Positions 1 to 10,734 of a DNA stretch of 64,000 nt are shown piece after piece. The stretch lies in sequence record OU343168.1; one strand, given 5' to 3'. The notes beneath the pieces were generated by a model that was not told the origin of the DNA, made no database searches, and saw only the letters and a program-made list of their open reading frames with translations. The position numbers and the translations under genes are program-made. Position 1 is the stretch's first letter; every line of letters starts with the position of its first letter.

Positions 1-1
1 C

Positions 2-133
2 ACTGTCCTCTACCGCTTTATTGGTTGGGTTTTCTCAGGCAGCGATTTCCGTAAGCAAGAAATCGAACACTTTACTCAATCCCTTAATAACCATGAACTG
101 GCAGTCTTGTCCAGTCAACTGAAAACGCTCTAA
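2..133 (+). CDS. 5'-truncated CDS, hypothetical protein C-terminus (TVLYRFIGWVF...SQLKTL*)
   Basis: Hand translation: open frame from position 2 to TAA at 131-133, followed directly by the AGGAG RBS of the next gene. Confidence 0.6.
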   Translation, partial: TVLYRFIGWVFSGSDFRKQEIEHFTQSLNNHELAVLSSQLKTL

Positions 134-143
134 GGAGTTTATA

Positions 144-590
144 ATGTCTCACCTCGCCCATGTAAACGATTACCGGGGTTACCTGACCAGTCAAGGGGTT
201 ACGTGCCCGTATGCGTTGACCACGGCCTGCCAGGAAGCCTACATCCGCGCCATTCTCAAACGTCATGCTCGTTCTCAGGACAGTTTCACCCTGGCAGAAG
301 ACGAAGAGAATAGCATCTGGGTGCAGCTCGATAAGTGGAATTCGGTGTATCCGATCAATGCTTCCTTCATCGTGGAATCGGTTAAACTCCGTCTGACCCG
401 TATTCGCGGCTGTCTGATGAAAGAAGGTAAAACACCCGGTAATGCGGAATTCGATGTGTATCTGGATGTGAAGCGAACCTGTCCCGAGTCGGGTGACACC
501 ACGGTGGATAAACTCGATGCCACGGACAATGATCTGTTCTGCGAGCTGGTTCATTTCCTCTACAATGAATTGGTGAAAGGCAATGAGTAA
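144..590 (+). CDS. hypothetical protein, 148 aa
   Basis: ATG with AAGGAG RBS; overlaps the start of the next gene. Confidence 0.75.
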   Translation: MSHLAHVNDYRGYLTSQGVTCPYALTTACQEAYIRAILKRHARSQDSFTLAEDEENSIWVQLDKWNSVYPINASFIVESVKLRLTRIRGCLMKEGKTPGNAEFDVYLDVKRTCPESGDTTVDKLDATDNDLFCELVHFLYNELVKGNE

Positions 591-2100
591 TCCGGTGAGT
601 TCGTATTTCCAATTGAGTGATCCGGTTGACGGTGTTCTCCCAGGTGATGATAAACAACTCATTGACCTGGACGAGTACTACGAAGAAACCGGTCAACCCG
701 TGGTGGATGCCATGATCCAAGGGAGTGAGAGCCTCGCGCTCAATCGCTTCTCTCGGGACATTGCTATCCAACTCAAACTGAAGAATGCGTATGAAATGGA
801 TCCTTTCCCAACGGAACGTAATGCCGTGATGGGAGCGGAAGGGTTTATCTCTACCATTACGGAAGGGTTCAAGAAGTTCATTGAAGGGATCATCAAGTAC
901 ATCAAGATGGCCTTTAAATGGGTCATGGAACACATTAAAGGTCTCCTGGGCTTCCGTAAGAGCGCGCGTATTAACCAGGCGATTAATGACTCCTTTGAGA
1001 ACCTCCGGGAGGAGTTCCGTCAGACCTTGAACGGTCTGGGCTTCCCAGGCGCGAATTACAACCTGGAGAAGTTCATTGGGGAGTTCCCTAATGCCACCGA
1101 CCGCATTGGTCAACTGACGATCCTCCGTACAAAGTTCGAAACCGATGAAGAGAGTATCGAGGCTCTTCGTAAAGTCTTCCCACTCTTCGAACAAATCATT
1201 GGTAAACTAACGGAGGCTTCCGACAAGGCAATACGTGCGTCTGAAAACCTTAAAAGGACCATCCGTAACGAATACAACGCTACCCGGGGTCGAGCTCACC
1301 TCCGAGAGTACGTAGACGGTGCGAACTCCCCTGAGGTTAACCGAGTCCAGAAAGCGGTGTTGGAAACCCTGACCTTCGTTAAACCGGATGGTTTAGTAGA
1401 ACAAATCGGTCAGCTCCTGGAAACCCTTTACAAGGTGAAGTTCAATAACGAAGCGTTGAATGAAGGGTTCCATACCGTCCGAGAGACCCTTAAAGAGAAC
1501 ATTCAGGCTCAACGGGTGAAGTTGACTCGGGTGAACACTCCGGTGATCATGGATCTCGTTCAGCAGCTCAACGCAGAGTATATGACGATCTCGGATAAGG
1601 CGATCGACATGTCTCGGATTCGTCTGAGTGAGTTGGGTAATCTGGTGGATGTAACCGATGCCGAGAAGGTCAAGAGCATTGCGGGATACTACCAAGTCCC
1701 TGGACTCCTCAGTGATTACCAGGGGGTGGCGGTTGCCATGCGTAACTTCAGTCAATATTGCCAATCTGTAACCAGTCAGCTGTTGGCGGTTGAAAACCAA
1801 GTAGCAGCGTTGGTGGGTTGGTATCACCGTTCTCACATGTGGTATTACCATGGTCTGCTGGATGACATTGAAAAGCTTCGTGAAATCAACATCCAAGCTC
1901 GCGAGGCGGGGCACTCTCCTGTGGCGAATGCGGAGGGTTATCCGACATTGGCGTTGGATTTTATTCCGGAAGCGGATGCAAAGACCTTCCTGGAGAAGAT
2001 GAGTGGGACGATGAAAATCGTGATTGAAAACGACATTGGTGAGCTTCGTTCCAAGTACAACGCCTTGGCACGACAAACTGGATGGGGGAGACCCGTATGA
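583..2100 (+). CDS. virion head/ejection protein, phiKZ-like internal head paralog family, 505 aa
   Basis: GSES and GAEG-F sites (S/A/G-x-E protease motif) followed by an amphipathic helix FISTITEGFKKFIEGIIKYIKMAFKWV; position in the structural block. Confidence 0.65.
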   Translation: MSNPVSSYFQLSDPVDGVLPGDDKQLIDLDEYYEETGQPVVDAMIQGSESLALNRFSRDIAIQLKLKNAYEMDPFPTERNAVMGAEGFISTITEGFKKFIEGIIKYIKMAFKWVMEHIKGLLGFRKSARINQAINDSFENLREEFRQTLNGLGFPGANYNLEKFIGEFPNATDRIGQLTILRTKFETDEESIEALRKVFPLFEQIIGKLTEASDKAIRASENLKRTIRNEYNATRGRAHLREYVDGANSPEVNRVQKAVLETLTFVKPDGLVEQIGQLLETLYKVKFNNEALNEGFHTVRETLKENIQAQRVKLTRVNTPVIMDLVQQLNAEYMTISDKAIDMSRIRLSELGNLVDVTDAEKVKSIAGYYQVPGLLSDYQGVAVAMRNFSQYCQSVTSQLLAVENQVAALVGWYHRSHMWYYHGLLDDIEKLREINIQAREAGHSPVANAEGYPTLALDFIPEADAKTFLEKMSGTMKIVIENDIGELRSKYNALARQTGWGRPV

Positions 2101-2828
2101 ATCGTGAAGTGTGTGAACTGGGTATTAAAGCCCTGCACGAACTGGAATTGATCCGTAAGACCAGTGAGGACGACCTCGCTCTGCTGAAAGAAGGGATAGG
2201 ACCTGAAGCCGCTTACGCCATCATTGACCGGTACTGGTCCGGTGAACAAGCGGAAAAAATGAAAGTTCGTGTTACGTCTCAGTTCCCTAAGGACAACGGA
2301 GGTATTATCCTCTGCACGTCGTTGGGTGAGCAGGCTGGTTATATCCTGGCTCTGGGGGCTACCAAGGCCTTCTTTGCGGCGGTGTTCCCCAGGATCGGGT
2401 CTCGACTGGAACAGGTGTTCTCGTCCATTAACCAAGCAGACCTGAATGACCCCGTCGCCCTGGAGAAGTACAACGAACTCCGTAAGGAACCAGCCCGGTT
2501 CTTTGAGTACTTTGCTAACGGGTTTTTCGAAGGGAAAGAGAAGGTTGCAGACGGTGAGATTACCTGTTGGACTCAACTGCGTGATCAAGCCCGCTGTGTG
2601 GATGACGGGGATTACCTCTTCCTGGATGACTACGCTTTTGAATTGAAGCAGGTCAAGGAGAACTTCTACCAGTATTACCTCTCACCCTCTTCGATCAAAG
2701 AGCAATCTCTGGCCGGTATCGATTACTACACCCAACAACTTGGTGTTCGGGTGCGGTTGGCTAAGTTGTTCTCGTGTTTCTTGGACGAGTTGATTGAGGG
2801 TAATCTTCCCTCTAAAGACACCGAGTAA
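2097..2828 (+). CDS. hypothetical (probable virion) protein
   Basis: ATG at 2097 overlaps the upstream TGA (ATGA) with a GGGGAG RBS; ends before a hairpin. Confidence 0.7.
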   Translation: MNREVCELGIKALHELELIRKTSEDDLALLKEGIGPEAAYAIIDRYWSGEQAEKMKVRVTSQFPKDNGGIILCTSLGEQAGYILALGATKAFFAAVFPRIGSRLEQVFSSINQADLNDPVALEKYNELRKEPARFFEYFANGFFEGKEKVADGEITCWTQLRDQARCVDDGDYLFLDDYAFELKQVKENFYQYYLSPSSIKEQSLAGIDYYTQQLGVRVRLAKLFSCFLDELIEGNLPSKDTE

Positions 2829-2840
2829 CGTAAAGGTGCT

Positions 2841-2872
2841 CCTACCCACTCCCTTAACGGGGAGTGGGTAGG
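2841..2872. terminator. 13-bp hairpin between convergent genes
   Basis: cctacccactccc-ttaacg-gggagtgggtagg. Confidence 0.75.
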
Positions 2873-2882
2873 GGTATACGTC

Positions 2883-5813
2883 TTAAATGGTGGTCGTCAT
2901 TCTGACGTCATGGGGTTGGAAGATGATATCAATGGCTTCCTGTATCGATACCAATCCATCGCTGGTTAAGGCGAGTCGTTTACGGATGCTGAAACCAGTG
3001 AGGTCATCCAAGTTACTGATGACATCCACGGTACTGTCGCCCGCAAACGCACTCAACTTAACACTCACCACCTCTTCACTCACATTCTCCTTTAAGGCTT
3101 CTGCAAGGTCTAAGGTACTGACTGTTGTCTTATCAAACAACGCCATATTGAGTTGGCGAGGAGTGCTCTCCTCCAAGGCGGCGCGGAGGTTGGGGTTACG
3201 GTAGCCATTTTCCGTGAGGTAGTAGGTGACCGAGAATGCCAGATCCTGCCGAAGGGTGGATTCATAGTTACTGTTGATCACCACCCGCTGATACCCCAGC
3301 TTACTCCGAGGTTGATAGAACAGGTCAGTTTGGTCAATCGCTTCCGAGCTAAAGGCCAGCATGTCTTGGTTAATACCGTTGACAAAGAAGTCCTTCGTGT
3401 ATTTAGCAAATTGGATATCATATTCGTCTTTGCTGAACTGATAGTTCGCATCGAAGGCAATGAAGTCCCAATAGTACTTCAGTTTACGGGGTTCCAACTC
3501 AACCGGAACACCATTCTCGTAAACGATATCAATCCCCCTCCGGTACAACAACCGCATTGTACCATCCGGGTTATAGACGATGTCACCCGCCTTATGTTCG
3601 ATCACTGGTTTCCCTTCACTGTCGAACACAATCTGACCATTCTCCCGTTTCACCTGGGTAGTCTCATACCGTTCCGGGACATCCGCTTCGTAGTGCTTGT
3701 ACTGGGCTTCACCCACCAGGGGACGAATCCGACTGTACAGGTTACCCAACCGGCGACCGAACTCAACTTTGTAATGGGTTTCAATCACCCCCACCATTGG
3801 GATATCAAAGATGGTCTCATCGATCTTGTCATCGATTTGAGACTGAGTCACCTCTTTATCCCCCGCCCGGGTAAAGATAAAGGTGACATCTGTGGTCAGT
3901 TCACTACCGGTCTTACTCTGCTGACTTCCAAACTGCCAGAAGTTAGTAAAGTACAAGACGTCTGCCACATCCACATCAAACTGGGTGTTTAAGGTGAACT
4001 CCCAGACCCGTTCCTTATTGGGCAACACTCCCACCAGTTTACCTGCTACACTGGCCAGGCTGTTACTGTCCAGTGGGTTAATGGACAGTTGGACCCCTAC
4101 ACTGGTATTCGGCAATTCCTTATACGAATCCCCCGATTGAGTCACCAAGGTGATGAGATACCCGGTTTCTCGGTGTTCAATGGTGATTTGTCCTACGCCC
4201 AGTTCCAGACCCAACGCCGCGTTATCGTCCACAAAGGTTTGATACCGAATGATCGGAGAGTCCAAATGATAGGTCCTGAGGACGGCTTGCTTGTTCGTGG
4301 TATCCAGTACGTAGTAGAAAGGGGTATAGACCAGGGTATTCTCCGCCATCATGTCCACCTGCTGTTCAGGGGTCATGTTGAAGTAGGCATCCCGAGTCAA
4401 CTTGTTCACCAGAACACTGGTGGGTTTATTGATGTTGAACAACACATTGTGAGGAATAGTCACCCGTTCCCCGTTGTCCAATACCACCCCGCTAGCCACC
4501 AGGTCTTCGACTGACGCTAAATAGCTCCCGACGTAACACGCCATCGGTGCGTAGAAGCCTTTGTTATCCTGAATAGGCAATTCCTTCGTTAATGCAAAGG
4601 AACGCTTCGTCATGTAGTCAATGACCTTAACCGAACTGTACCCGCGGTTCTCCGCCGCCCCTTTCAGGTTGTTTTCGGTAATCGGGAGGGTGCGTTGTTG
4701 GCGACCGTCGATCACCCGTTGTTTAATTTCCGTAAAGGGAATGGGATCTGTACCGCCCGAGACAATCGCATCCATCTTCCAGGCAACACCCCCCGCATTC
4801 ACCAGAGGGACTGAATAGGGATCCAACTTATCAGACCCATACCGATAGTCCCGGTAGGCGGGTTTAATGTCCATCGGAGACACCGTGGTAAGGTCTTTGG
4901 TCAACGCCCCTTTGGTGGTATACGTGTAGATGTTGATAATCCCCCGGCCAATGTCATTCCCTGACGTGATGTACACATCTGGGATCTCATACGAGAACCG
5001 TTTATTCACGGTATCGATACTGAGGGCTAGGGTTACATTCAACGGATCAAAGACATCCTGGTCGTAGGACACCCGGATCTCTTTCAGTTCCCCATTCCGT
5101 TGCAACATCGCACGAACCCCATACAGGTTGTCCGTGTACTCAATAATCCCCCGACAGCCAGAGGCTTCGTTAGACGTGAGGTTCTCCGTGGCCTTACAGC
5201 TCAATTGAGCTACGGGAATCGATACCATCACATACCGACGGTCATCCACTTGCTTGAAGGTACGGTCCAAGAGGTTCGTGGAAATAGGAATAAAGGGGTT
5301 AGGCGAGCTGTCGTCGTAAACGATCTTCCACCCATTCCGTTCGTTGTACTGGATCCGTATCCCATTGACGACCCAGAAGTCGTATCCGTTGACATTCAAA
5401 ATGGTATCCTTGGGTACGAGGATCTCTTTATACACCACGGTGTTCTTACCGACGGTTTGACGACGGTCCACAGCAATCTTCAGGAAGTTCTCAATATCCA
5501 TGGTGAGAATCATCACTGAAGTCGAGGGGTTCGCAAACAACCCAAACCGCTCTTCATCCGACATGTTCATGCTCAGCTCACTGACATTCCGAGCGTGCAG
5601 CAGGAACTTACGGCTGTTGACATCCAAGAGGCGGTTAATGAAGCCATGCGACGTACCCAGGATTAAATCCATGGCCAAGACAAAGGGGTGACTCTTACTG
5701 TTGAGTTTAACGGTCCCGTTGAACCAGTTATTCTCGATCTCATTCACAATGAGGTTAATACCCCGAATGGGGTTGTTTGCAATACGTTCCAATTCATCTT
5801 GACTAATAGCCAT
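2883..5813 (-). CDS. large virion structural protein, probable baseplate wedge (phiKZ gp87-like), 976 aa
   Basis: Size, reversed strand and neighbours match recalled phiKZ-family synteny; the GGTDP/F..IK..VI segment resembles baseplate wedge proteins. Confidence 0.55.
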   Translation of the reverse strand: MAISQDELERIANNPIRGINLIVNEIENNWFNGTVKLNSKSHPFVLAMDLILGTSHGFINRLLDVNSRKFLLHARNVSELSMNMSDEERFGLFANPSTSVMILTMDIENFLKIAVDRRQTVGKNTVVYKEILVPKDTILNVNGYDFWVVNGIRIQYNERNGWKIVYDDSSPNPFIPISTNLLDRTFKQVDDRRYVMVSIPVAQLSCKATENLTSNEASGCRGIIEYTDNLYGVRAMLQRNGELKEIRVSYDQDVFDPLNVTLALSIDTVNKRFSYEIPDVYITSGNDIGRGIINIYTYTTKGALTKDLTTVSPMDIKPAYRDYRYGSDKLDPYSVPLVNAGGVAWKMDAIVSGGTDPIPFTEIKQRVIDGRQQRTLPITENNLKGAAENRGYSSVKVIDYMTKRSFALTKELPIQDNKGFYAPMACYVGSYLASVEDLVASGVVLDNGERVTIPHNVLFNINKPTSVLVNKLTRDAYFNMTPEQQVDMMAENTLVYTPFYYVLDTTNKQAVLRTYHLDSPIIRYQTFVDDNAALGLELGVGQITIEHRETGYLITLVTQSGDSYKELPNTSVGVQLSINPLDSNSLASVAGKLVGVLPNKERVWEFTLNTQFDVDVADVLYFTNFWQFGSQQSKTGSELTTDVTFIFTRAGDKEVTQSQIDDKIDETIFDIPMVGVIETHYKVEFGRRLGNLYSRIRPLVGEAQYKHYEADVPERYETTQVKRENGQIVFDSEGKPVIEHKAGDIVYNPDGTMRLLYRRGIDIVYENGVPVELEPRKLKYYWDFIAFDANYQFSKDEYDIQFAKYTKDFFVNGINQDMLAFSSEAIDQTDLFYQPRSKLGYQRVVINSNYESTLRQDLAFSVTYYLTENGYRNPNLRAALEESTPRQLNMALFDKTTVSTLDLAEALKENVSEEVVSVKLSAFAGDSTVDVISNLDDLTGFSIRKRLALTSDGLVSIQEAIDIIFQPHDVRMTTTI

Positions 5814-6886
5814 TAGCGTTTACCCCACAATTCCAGTTCCATAGTCGCCAGATTAATCCAGGGATACGAGCCGTAACCCGACAAGTACCGTTCCCTGAAC
5901 GGAAGTTTGTAGTAATACTGATTCCTGACCCGAGGGTGCAGGTTAGGGTTGACCCTCAACGTGGTACGGTTAAAGGCATCTGCAATTTGGATATTGTTAA
6001 ACCGGAATCCCTGACAATCAAAGGAGATATCCAGTTCATCAAGCCCTTGACCCCTCAGACTGTTCTGAGTACGGTCAATGGTACTGTACGCCCCCGACGG
6101 GAAGGTCGTAGGCCACCCACCCCCACAGCAGAAGATCCATTCGATATTCCGCATGTTCTTGTTCATGATGAGGTGGTAAATACGGGTGGTGTAGTCCTTA
6201 TAGTTCTGGAACAACGCATTGGGGTACGGTTCCATCCCTTCATCCCCGAGGGTCACCGCTTCAATGTAGTGAACCCACACTTCGTACATATACGCCAATA
6301 CGTTGTGTTTAATGCCGTGATAGGTTTGTCTTAGGGTATAGTCGTAGTTGACTTTCAAGACCCCATCGACCCACGCATACACTTCTTTACGGAACCCAGG
6401 CTCACTTTTGCCCGACGGTAACGAGAGATCAGGAAACCCTGAACTGACTTTAAGAAAGTTCGTTGCGGGTGGGATCCAAGGGTTCAAGGGATCCAGGGGA
6501 GTAATATCGTTCGCATTCGCCGCTCCCCAAACCGGATCCAGTAACCCTTTTACGTACGCGTTCAAACTGTTCCGTTGAGGACGGTACAATGAGACCAATT
6601 GAGGATGAAGGATTACATTCTCATCCGACAGATTCAGCATGGGACGCGACATAAACGCTAATCCTATGGTGTCGTCTGGGATGGGCGCTAACTGATTGCC
6701 AGGCCCTAGAATACGAAATCCACGTAACAGGTTTGTCAAGGCGTTATCAAAACCAGGACCGCCATTCTCACGGAACGCGTAATTCCACCATTCCAGGATG
6801 GTTTCTTTCGTGACTTCTCTGCTGGGTGGCGTATTCCCAGGTGTTCTGTCCAACCAAGCGTCGTAATTATTCGGGTCTTCAGCCAT
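5813..6886 (-). CDS. virion structural protein (phiKZ gp88-like, baseplate/tube-related), 357 aa
   Basis: Abuts the 976-aa gene; RPMLNLS motif; synteny. Confidence 0.5.
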   Translation of the reverse strand: MAEDPNNYDAWLDRTPGNTPPSREVTKETILEWWNYAFRENGGPGFDNALTNLLRGFRILGPGNQLAPIPDDTIGLAFMSRPMLNLSDENVILHPQLVSLYRPQRNSLNAYVKGLLDPVWGAANANDITPLDPLNPWIPPATNFLKVSSGFPDLSLPSGKSEPGFRKEVYAWVDGVLKVNYDYTLRQTYHGIKHNVLAYMYEVWVHYIEAVTLGDEGMEPYPNALFQNYKDYTTRIYHLIMNKNMRNIEWIFCCGGGWPTTFPSGAYSTIDRTQNSLRGQGLDELDISFDCQGFRFNNIQIADAFNRTTLRVNPNLHPRVRNQYYYKLPFRERYLSGYGSYPWINLATMELELWGKR

Positions 6887-6919
6887 TGTTTATTACCTTA
6901 AAGTGATCAGGGGTTTATC

Positions 6920-8014
6920 ATGATAGGACAAGTATTGTCTCTAGGTTCCTTCTTCTTGGACATCGCCAAGCAGCTGTATCCTGAGAGCAAGGATATCGCC
7001 TCGGCGGCCCAAGTAACGGACCGGGCCAAACATTCATACAATGTGATTTCCACGAGCTCGGTACAACGTAGTGCAGCCCGCACTATTTTGAATCCGATGG
7101 TCGCCATTGAGGGGTCCCTTATCCACCAGGAATACACCCCGGATCTCATGACGGTGGTGACCCTACGGGATATTACCGCAACATTGACTCACCTCGCGTT
7201 GCAGAATTCCGTGGAAGTGGGGGTTAAGGTGGAGAACCTCATCGGGAGCATCAGTCCCAACCGCGGTGGGATGATGAGTCTCTTCTCGGGACTGGAAGCG
7301 ATGGATAACAACATCAAACCCAAAGACCCGGCTACCCCGAACCAAGTTCAGGTCAATAGCAAGACCTACAGTGAACTGATGGAGTTCACCCCCCTGGCGG
7401 TGGGTAAAGTGGTGAATGCTACGCTCTACGGAGCGAATGGTAACAAGATCGAAGTTCCCCTCACCATTCGTCAGATCCCGATCCCGGTGACCCATGAGAA
7501 CCTGGTGACCCTCTTCTCTGCTGCTAAACCCGATGAAGGGTTGAAAATGCGGTGGATCATGAAGAAGAGTGGTGAGATCACCACGCCTCAGTGGTTTGAT
7601 GGTAGTGACATCGTTAAAGCCCGTTTTAAAGCGAAGATGGGTGATACCTCTGGGTATTACAAGGAAGCCATGAAACGGGATACCCAGAATAAACTGGAAG
7701 CGATTCGCACGGGGATCATTAGCATGAACTCCATGGCGAATACGGTTATCATCACTCAAGATACGGCGACCCAGCTCGAACTGGAAATCGGTCGTAAGTT
7801 TGCCGATCCGGTTAGCCGTGAAAAAATCTTCGAGAGTATTTCGGCGAATACCCTCGTTATCGTGAATGATGACCGGGGTATTTTCACGTTCTACACCGAT
7901 GGTCAAACCATGCCGGAAGTTTACACACGTCGAGACTTGTCCGTTAAGTCCAAGAAAGAAGGCTCTGCGAACACGCTACAAGATCTCGTTAAATTGCTCA
8001 ACGGGGGTCTCTAA
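6920..8014 (+). CDS. virion head/inner-body protein (phiKZ gp89-like), 364 aa
   Basis: Divergent from the gp88-like gene; internal SGLEA protease-type motif; synteny. Confidence 0.55.
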   Translation: MIGQVLSLGSFFLDIAKQLYPESKDIASAAQVTDRAKHSYNVISTSSVQRSAARTILNPMVAIEGSLIHQEYTPDLMTVVTLRDITATLTHLALQNSVEVGVKVENLIGSISPNRGGMMSLFSGLEAMDNNIKPKDPATPNQVQVNSKTYSELMEFTPLAVGKVVNATLYGANGNKIEVPLTIRQIPIPVTHENLVTLFSAAKPDEGLKMRWIMKKSGEITTPQWFDGSDIVKARFKAKMGDTSGYYKEAMKRDTQNKLEAIRTGIISMNSMANTVIITQDTATQLELEIGRKFADPVSREKIFESISANTLVIVNDDRGIFTFYTDGQTMPEVYTRRDLSVKSKKEGSANTLQDLVKLLNGGL

Positions 8015-8898
8015 TGAATATCTTTGAATACGTGAAGGGTGTTAAGACGTTCAAGAAGAACGAACTGATAACCAAGCTCACTACCCTCACGGTGGCCAGT
8101 AACGACCTGATTTCGAACCTCGAACGAATGGTAGCGAATAAGGTGGATTTGAGCCATGAAATCAATCAGTGGGTGATTACCAAGAGTATTGTTCGTGAAC
8201 TGGACAATAACGGGTACCGGGGTGTAGGCTTTGTGGGTGCTACCCGGGGATCGTGTGAAACGATTATCAGTTTGGTCCCCGGGTTAACGAAACGGGTGAA
8301 TGGGTATAAAGACGAAGTCTGGGACGGTAAGCTCCTGACCTTGCGTCAAGTCAATATCCTGAACCTGATGGAACACGTGGAGTATTGGTTGAAATACACC
8401 AATATGGTCTACAGTGTTCTGCTGGACTTGAACAACCAGTCAGTCACCACCCCTGAGAAGGCCTTGGATAAGGCTGACTTGAAACTGGTGAATGGAACCC
8501 TGGAGTTCTACAAGTCGGTTACCTTGGACCTCCTGAAAGGGTCTCGCCGTCTCCTGGAGGGTCTGGATGATCTTCCGGATGTGGAAGTCAATGAAACCTC
8601 GTTGGCTGTTCTGGAAGCCACTGATCCTAAAGCCGCTCCGGATTACCTGAAGCGAGGCTTTGGGGTCCATTTGCTGAATCCGAAGTATTGGATCAGTTTG
8701 GCGAACATGAACCTGAACATTGCACGTATCGAGAAGATGCGTCGGGACAACGAACTCTTCGCCATGAAGATCTCGAAAGCCGTGAACATGAAGAACGGTG
8801 TCAACGATGCCGAAATCGATCGTCAGATCGAGGTGCTTCAGGACGAGATCATCAAGAACGTTAACACCATTGAAACCATCGAGAGACGCTATGAATAG
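8014..8898 (+). CDS. virion head/inner-body protein (phiKZ gp90-like), 294 aa
   Basis: TAATG coupling; helical with a C-terminal coiled coil; synteny. Confidence 0.55.
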   Translation: MNIFEYVKGVKTFKKNELITKLTTLTVASNDLISNLERMVANKVDLSHEINQWVITKSIVRELDNNGYRGVGFVGATRGSCETIISLVPGLTKRVNGYKDEVWDGKLLTLRQVNILNLMEHVEYWLKYTNMVYSVLLDLNNQSVTTPEKALDKADLKLVNGTLEFYKSVTLDLLKGSRRLLEGLDDLPDVEVNETSLAVLEATDPKAAPDYLKRGFGVHLLNPKYWISLANMNLNIARIEKMRRDNELFAMKISKAVNMKNGVNDAEIDRQIEVLQDEIIKNVNTIETIERRYE

Positions 8899-9403
8899 TT
8901 TTCGTCGCTCCCCCAATGGGTTTGTGAACGCAAAGCTGACGGATGCGGAGATGACAGAGGCCTTTACCAACCTCAATCTCCTCCGGAAAGACGTGTACAG
9001 TGATTTCGAATTGGTCATCAAAGGTCATGTGGCCATTGAAACCATTCGGGATGTCACTCGGTTGGTGGGTCCCAGTTTCCGTCAGTTCATGGAAGCCAAC
9101 TACGACAGTGGCCGTGGACCTATTGCAGGATTGATCAAAGACATTGTTCATTACCTCAATGGGCGTATAGGTCACCACTCGCTGATTACGTCGCTTCGTA
9201 TTGAGGAGCGTAAACTCCTGAGTGCGTCGAAAGTACGTAAAGCGACCTACCGCCAAACCCAAACCACGGGCAGTCCGCTTCCGCTCCTGGAAGACGGTTA
9301 CATCGTCCACGACTACGATCTCTATCGCCTAATGTCCGGTATCAGTCCTTCCAATGTAGGGCGGACTTTGTTGCTACTGGGCGGTGAGAATTACTACAGC
9401 TGA
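8891..9403 (+). CDS. hypothetical protein (phiKZ gp91-like position), about 170 aa
   Basis: ATG at 8891 overlapping the upstream stop region is preferred over the 8798 ORF start. Confidence 0.6.
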   Translation: MNSFRRSPNGFVNAKLTDAEMTEAFTNLNLLRKDVYSDFELVIKGHVAIETIRDVTRLVGPSFRQFMEANYDSGRGPIAGLIKDIVHYLNGRIGHHSLITSLRIEERKLLSASKVRKATYRQTQTTGSPLPLLEDGYIVHDYDLYRLMSGISPSNVGRTLLLLGGENYYS

Positions 9404-9425
9404 CCCTTAGGTGGAGAAGAGTGCA

Positions 9426-10721
9426 ATGAATGATGATGAAAAGACGTTGGCTGCTGAAATGGCTGCGGTCAGCGCAGTTAAATCCCAGGAGATCGTGGAA
9501 GCCGCCCGTTCCACGGCGGAACTGTCGGAGTACCAGAACAGCCTCGATGATCTGTTCGATCGCGTGATTGAAGTCCAACGCACGTTGAACACCCTGGAAG
9601 CCCACGAGGTGACACCGGAGTTGGCTGAACAGCTCGATAAAGAACTGATTGCGGCAGAAGCCCTCCCAGAGGCCGTAGAAGGGGCGGAAGCCTTGGGGCT
9701 TACCCTTCTCCCTAAGGCGTACCTTGCGACGCGTCTAGCGGGCTGTGAGAGCTTCCTGAGCGACTTCTTTAAGAGCTCCCGGGAAGTAGTCAGTTTGATT
9801 GGAACCTTCTTCCGGGATTCGTACGTTCTCTTTATGGAATCCCAGGAGAGTCTGAGTAAGCAGATTGACCTGCTGGAAACCCGGTTGTCCTCTGTCGAGA
9901 AGTTTGGCAGTCAAGGTACCTTTATCCTGGGTCACCGTCTCTTTAACCGGTTTAAGATCAACGGTAAAGTGGATGAGAACTGGTCCGGTAACCTGACCAA
10001 GCTCAACCAAACCCTGTCGGGTCTGAGTAATAACTATTACCTCAACAGCAAGAATGCGTTGGCGGCATCATTCAGTTACTTCGGTGGGTTTGCAGGTCTG
10101 ACCCAAGTGGAAGTGGATGAACGCCTCTGCATGATGCCGGTGAGTCTGCCATCCACGCCGTTTAAGGAATGTACTTATCCGGATAAACGTCGTGCGGGAC
10201 CTAACGTGGTGGCTAAACGGTCGGTCGAGCTGATGGGTGGTGCGTACTTCTACGATGTTCGCAGTACCGTTAAACCGGTGATCCTGAAGAACCCTGACGA
10301 CATTCAAGACTTTGTGATCCGTTACACTGAAATTGATCACACCGGTTTCGATAACAACGAAGAGTATACCCTTCGGGATGTTGGGGCTGAAGTGAAGGCG
10401 TTGTCGAGTGAAGACATTAAGACCGTCATCAAACTCCTGCGTCAGCTTTTGAAAGACTGGGGTAAGGTCTTTGAAATGGCGGAGACCTACCGCGTAACGG
10501 ATTCGGATTACAACGACATCATTAAAGGTTTCCTGGAAGCCGATATCAGTGATGAAGCGAAGACAGTGCTGTCGAAGACGTTCGCTAAAGTCGTTCGTAA
10601 GAACCAAACCGAGCTCTTGGGTATTCGCGCTGAGGTCTCGAACTACCTCACCCTGATTGTCAACGGGATGGTGTCTATCTGTAACGATTCCATTGGGCTT
10701 TACGAAGAAAGCCTGGACTAA
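9426..10721 (+). CDS. virion head protein (phiKZ gp92-like)
   Basis: ATG 9426 after GGAGAAGAG; acidic N-terminal propeptide, then GAEA and GCES-F motifs. Confidence 0.6.
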   Translation: MNDDEKTLAAEMAAVSAVKSQEIVEAARSTAELSEYQNSLDDLFDRVIEVQRTLNTLEAHEVTPELAEQLDKELIAAEALPEAVEGAEALGLTLLPKAYLATRLAGCESFLSDFFKSSREVVSLIGTFFRDSYVLFMESQESLSKQIDLLETRLSSVEKFGSQGTFILGHRLFNRFKINGKVDENWSGNLTKLNQTLSGLSNNYYLNSKNALAASFSYFGGFAGLTQVEVDERLCMMPVSLPSTPFKECTYPDKRRAGPNVVAKRSVELMGGAYFYDVRSTVKPVILKNPDDIQDFVIRYTEIDHTGFDNNEEYTLRDVGAEVKALSSEDIKTVIKLLRQLLKDWGKVFEMAETYRVTDSDYNDIIKGFLEADISDEAKTVLSKTFAKVVRKNQTELLGIRAEVSNYLTLIVNGMVSICNDSIGLYEESLD

Positions 10722-10734
10722 GCGGGGTGAGGGT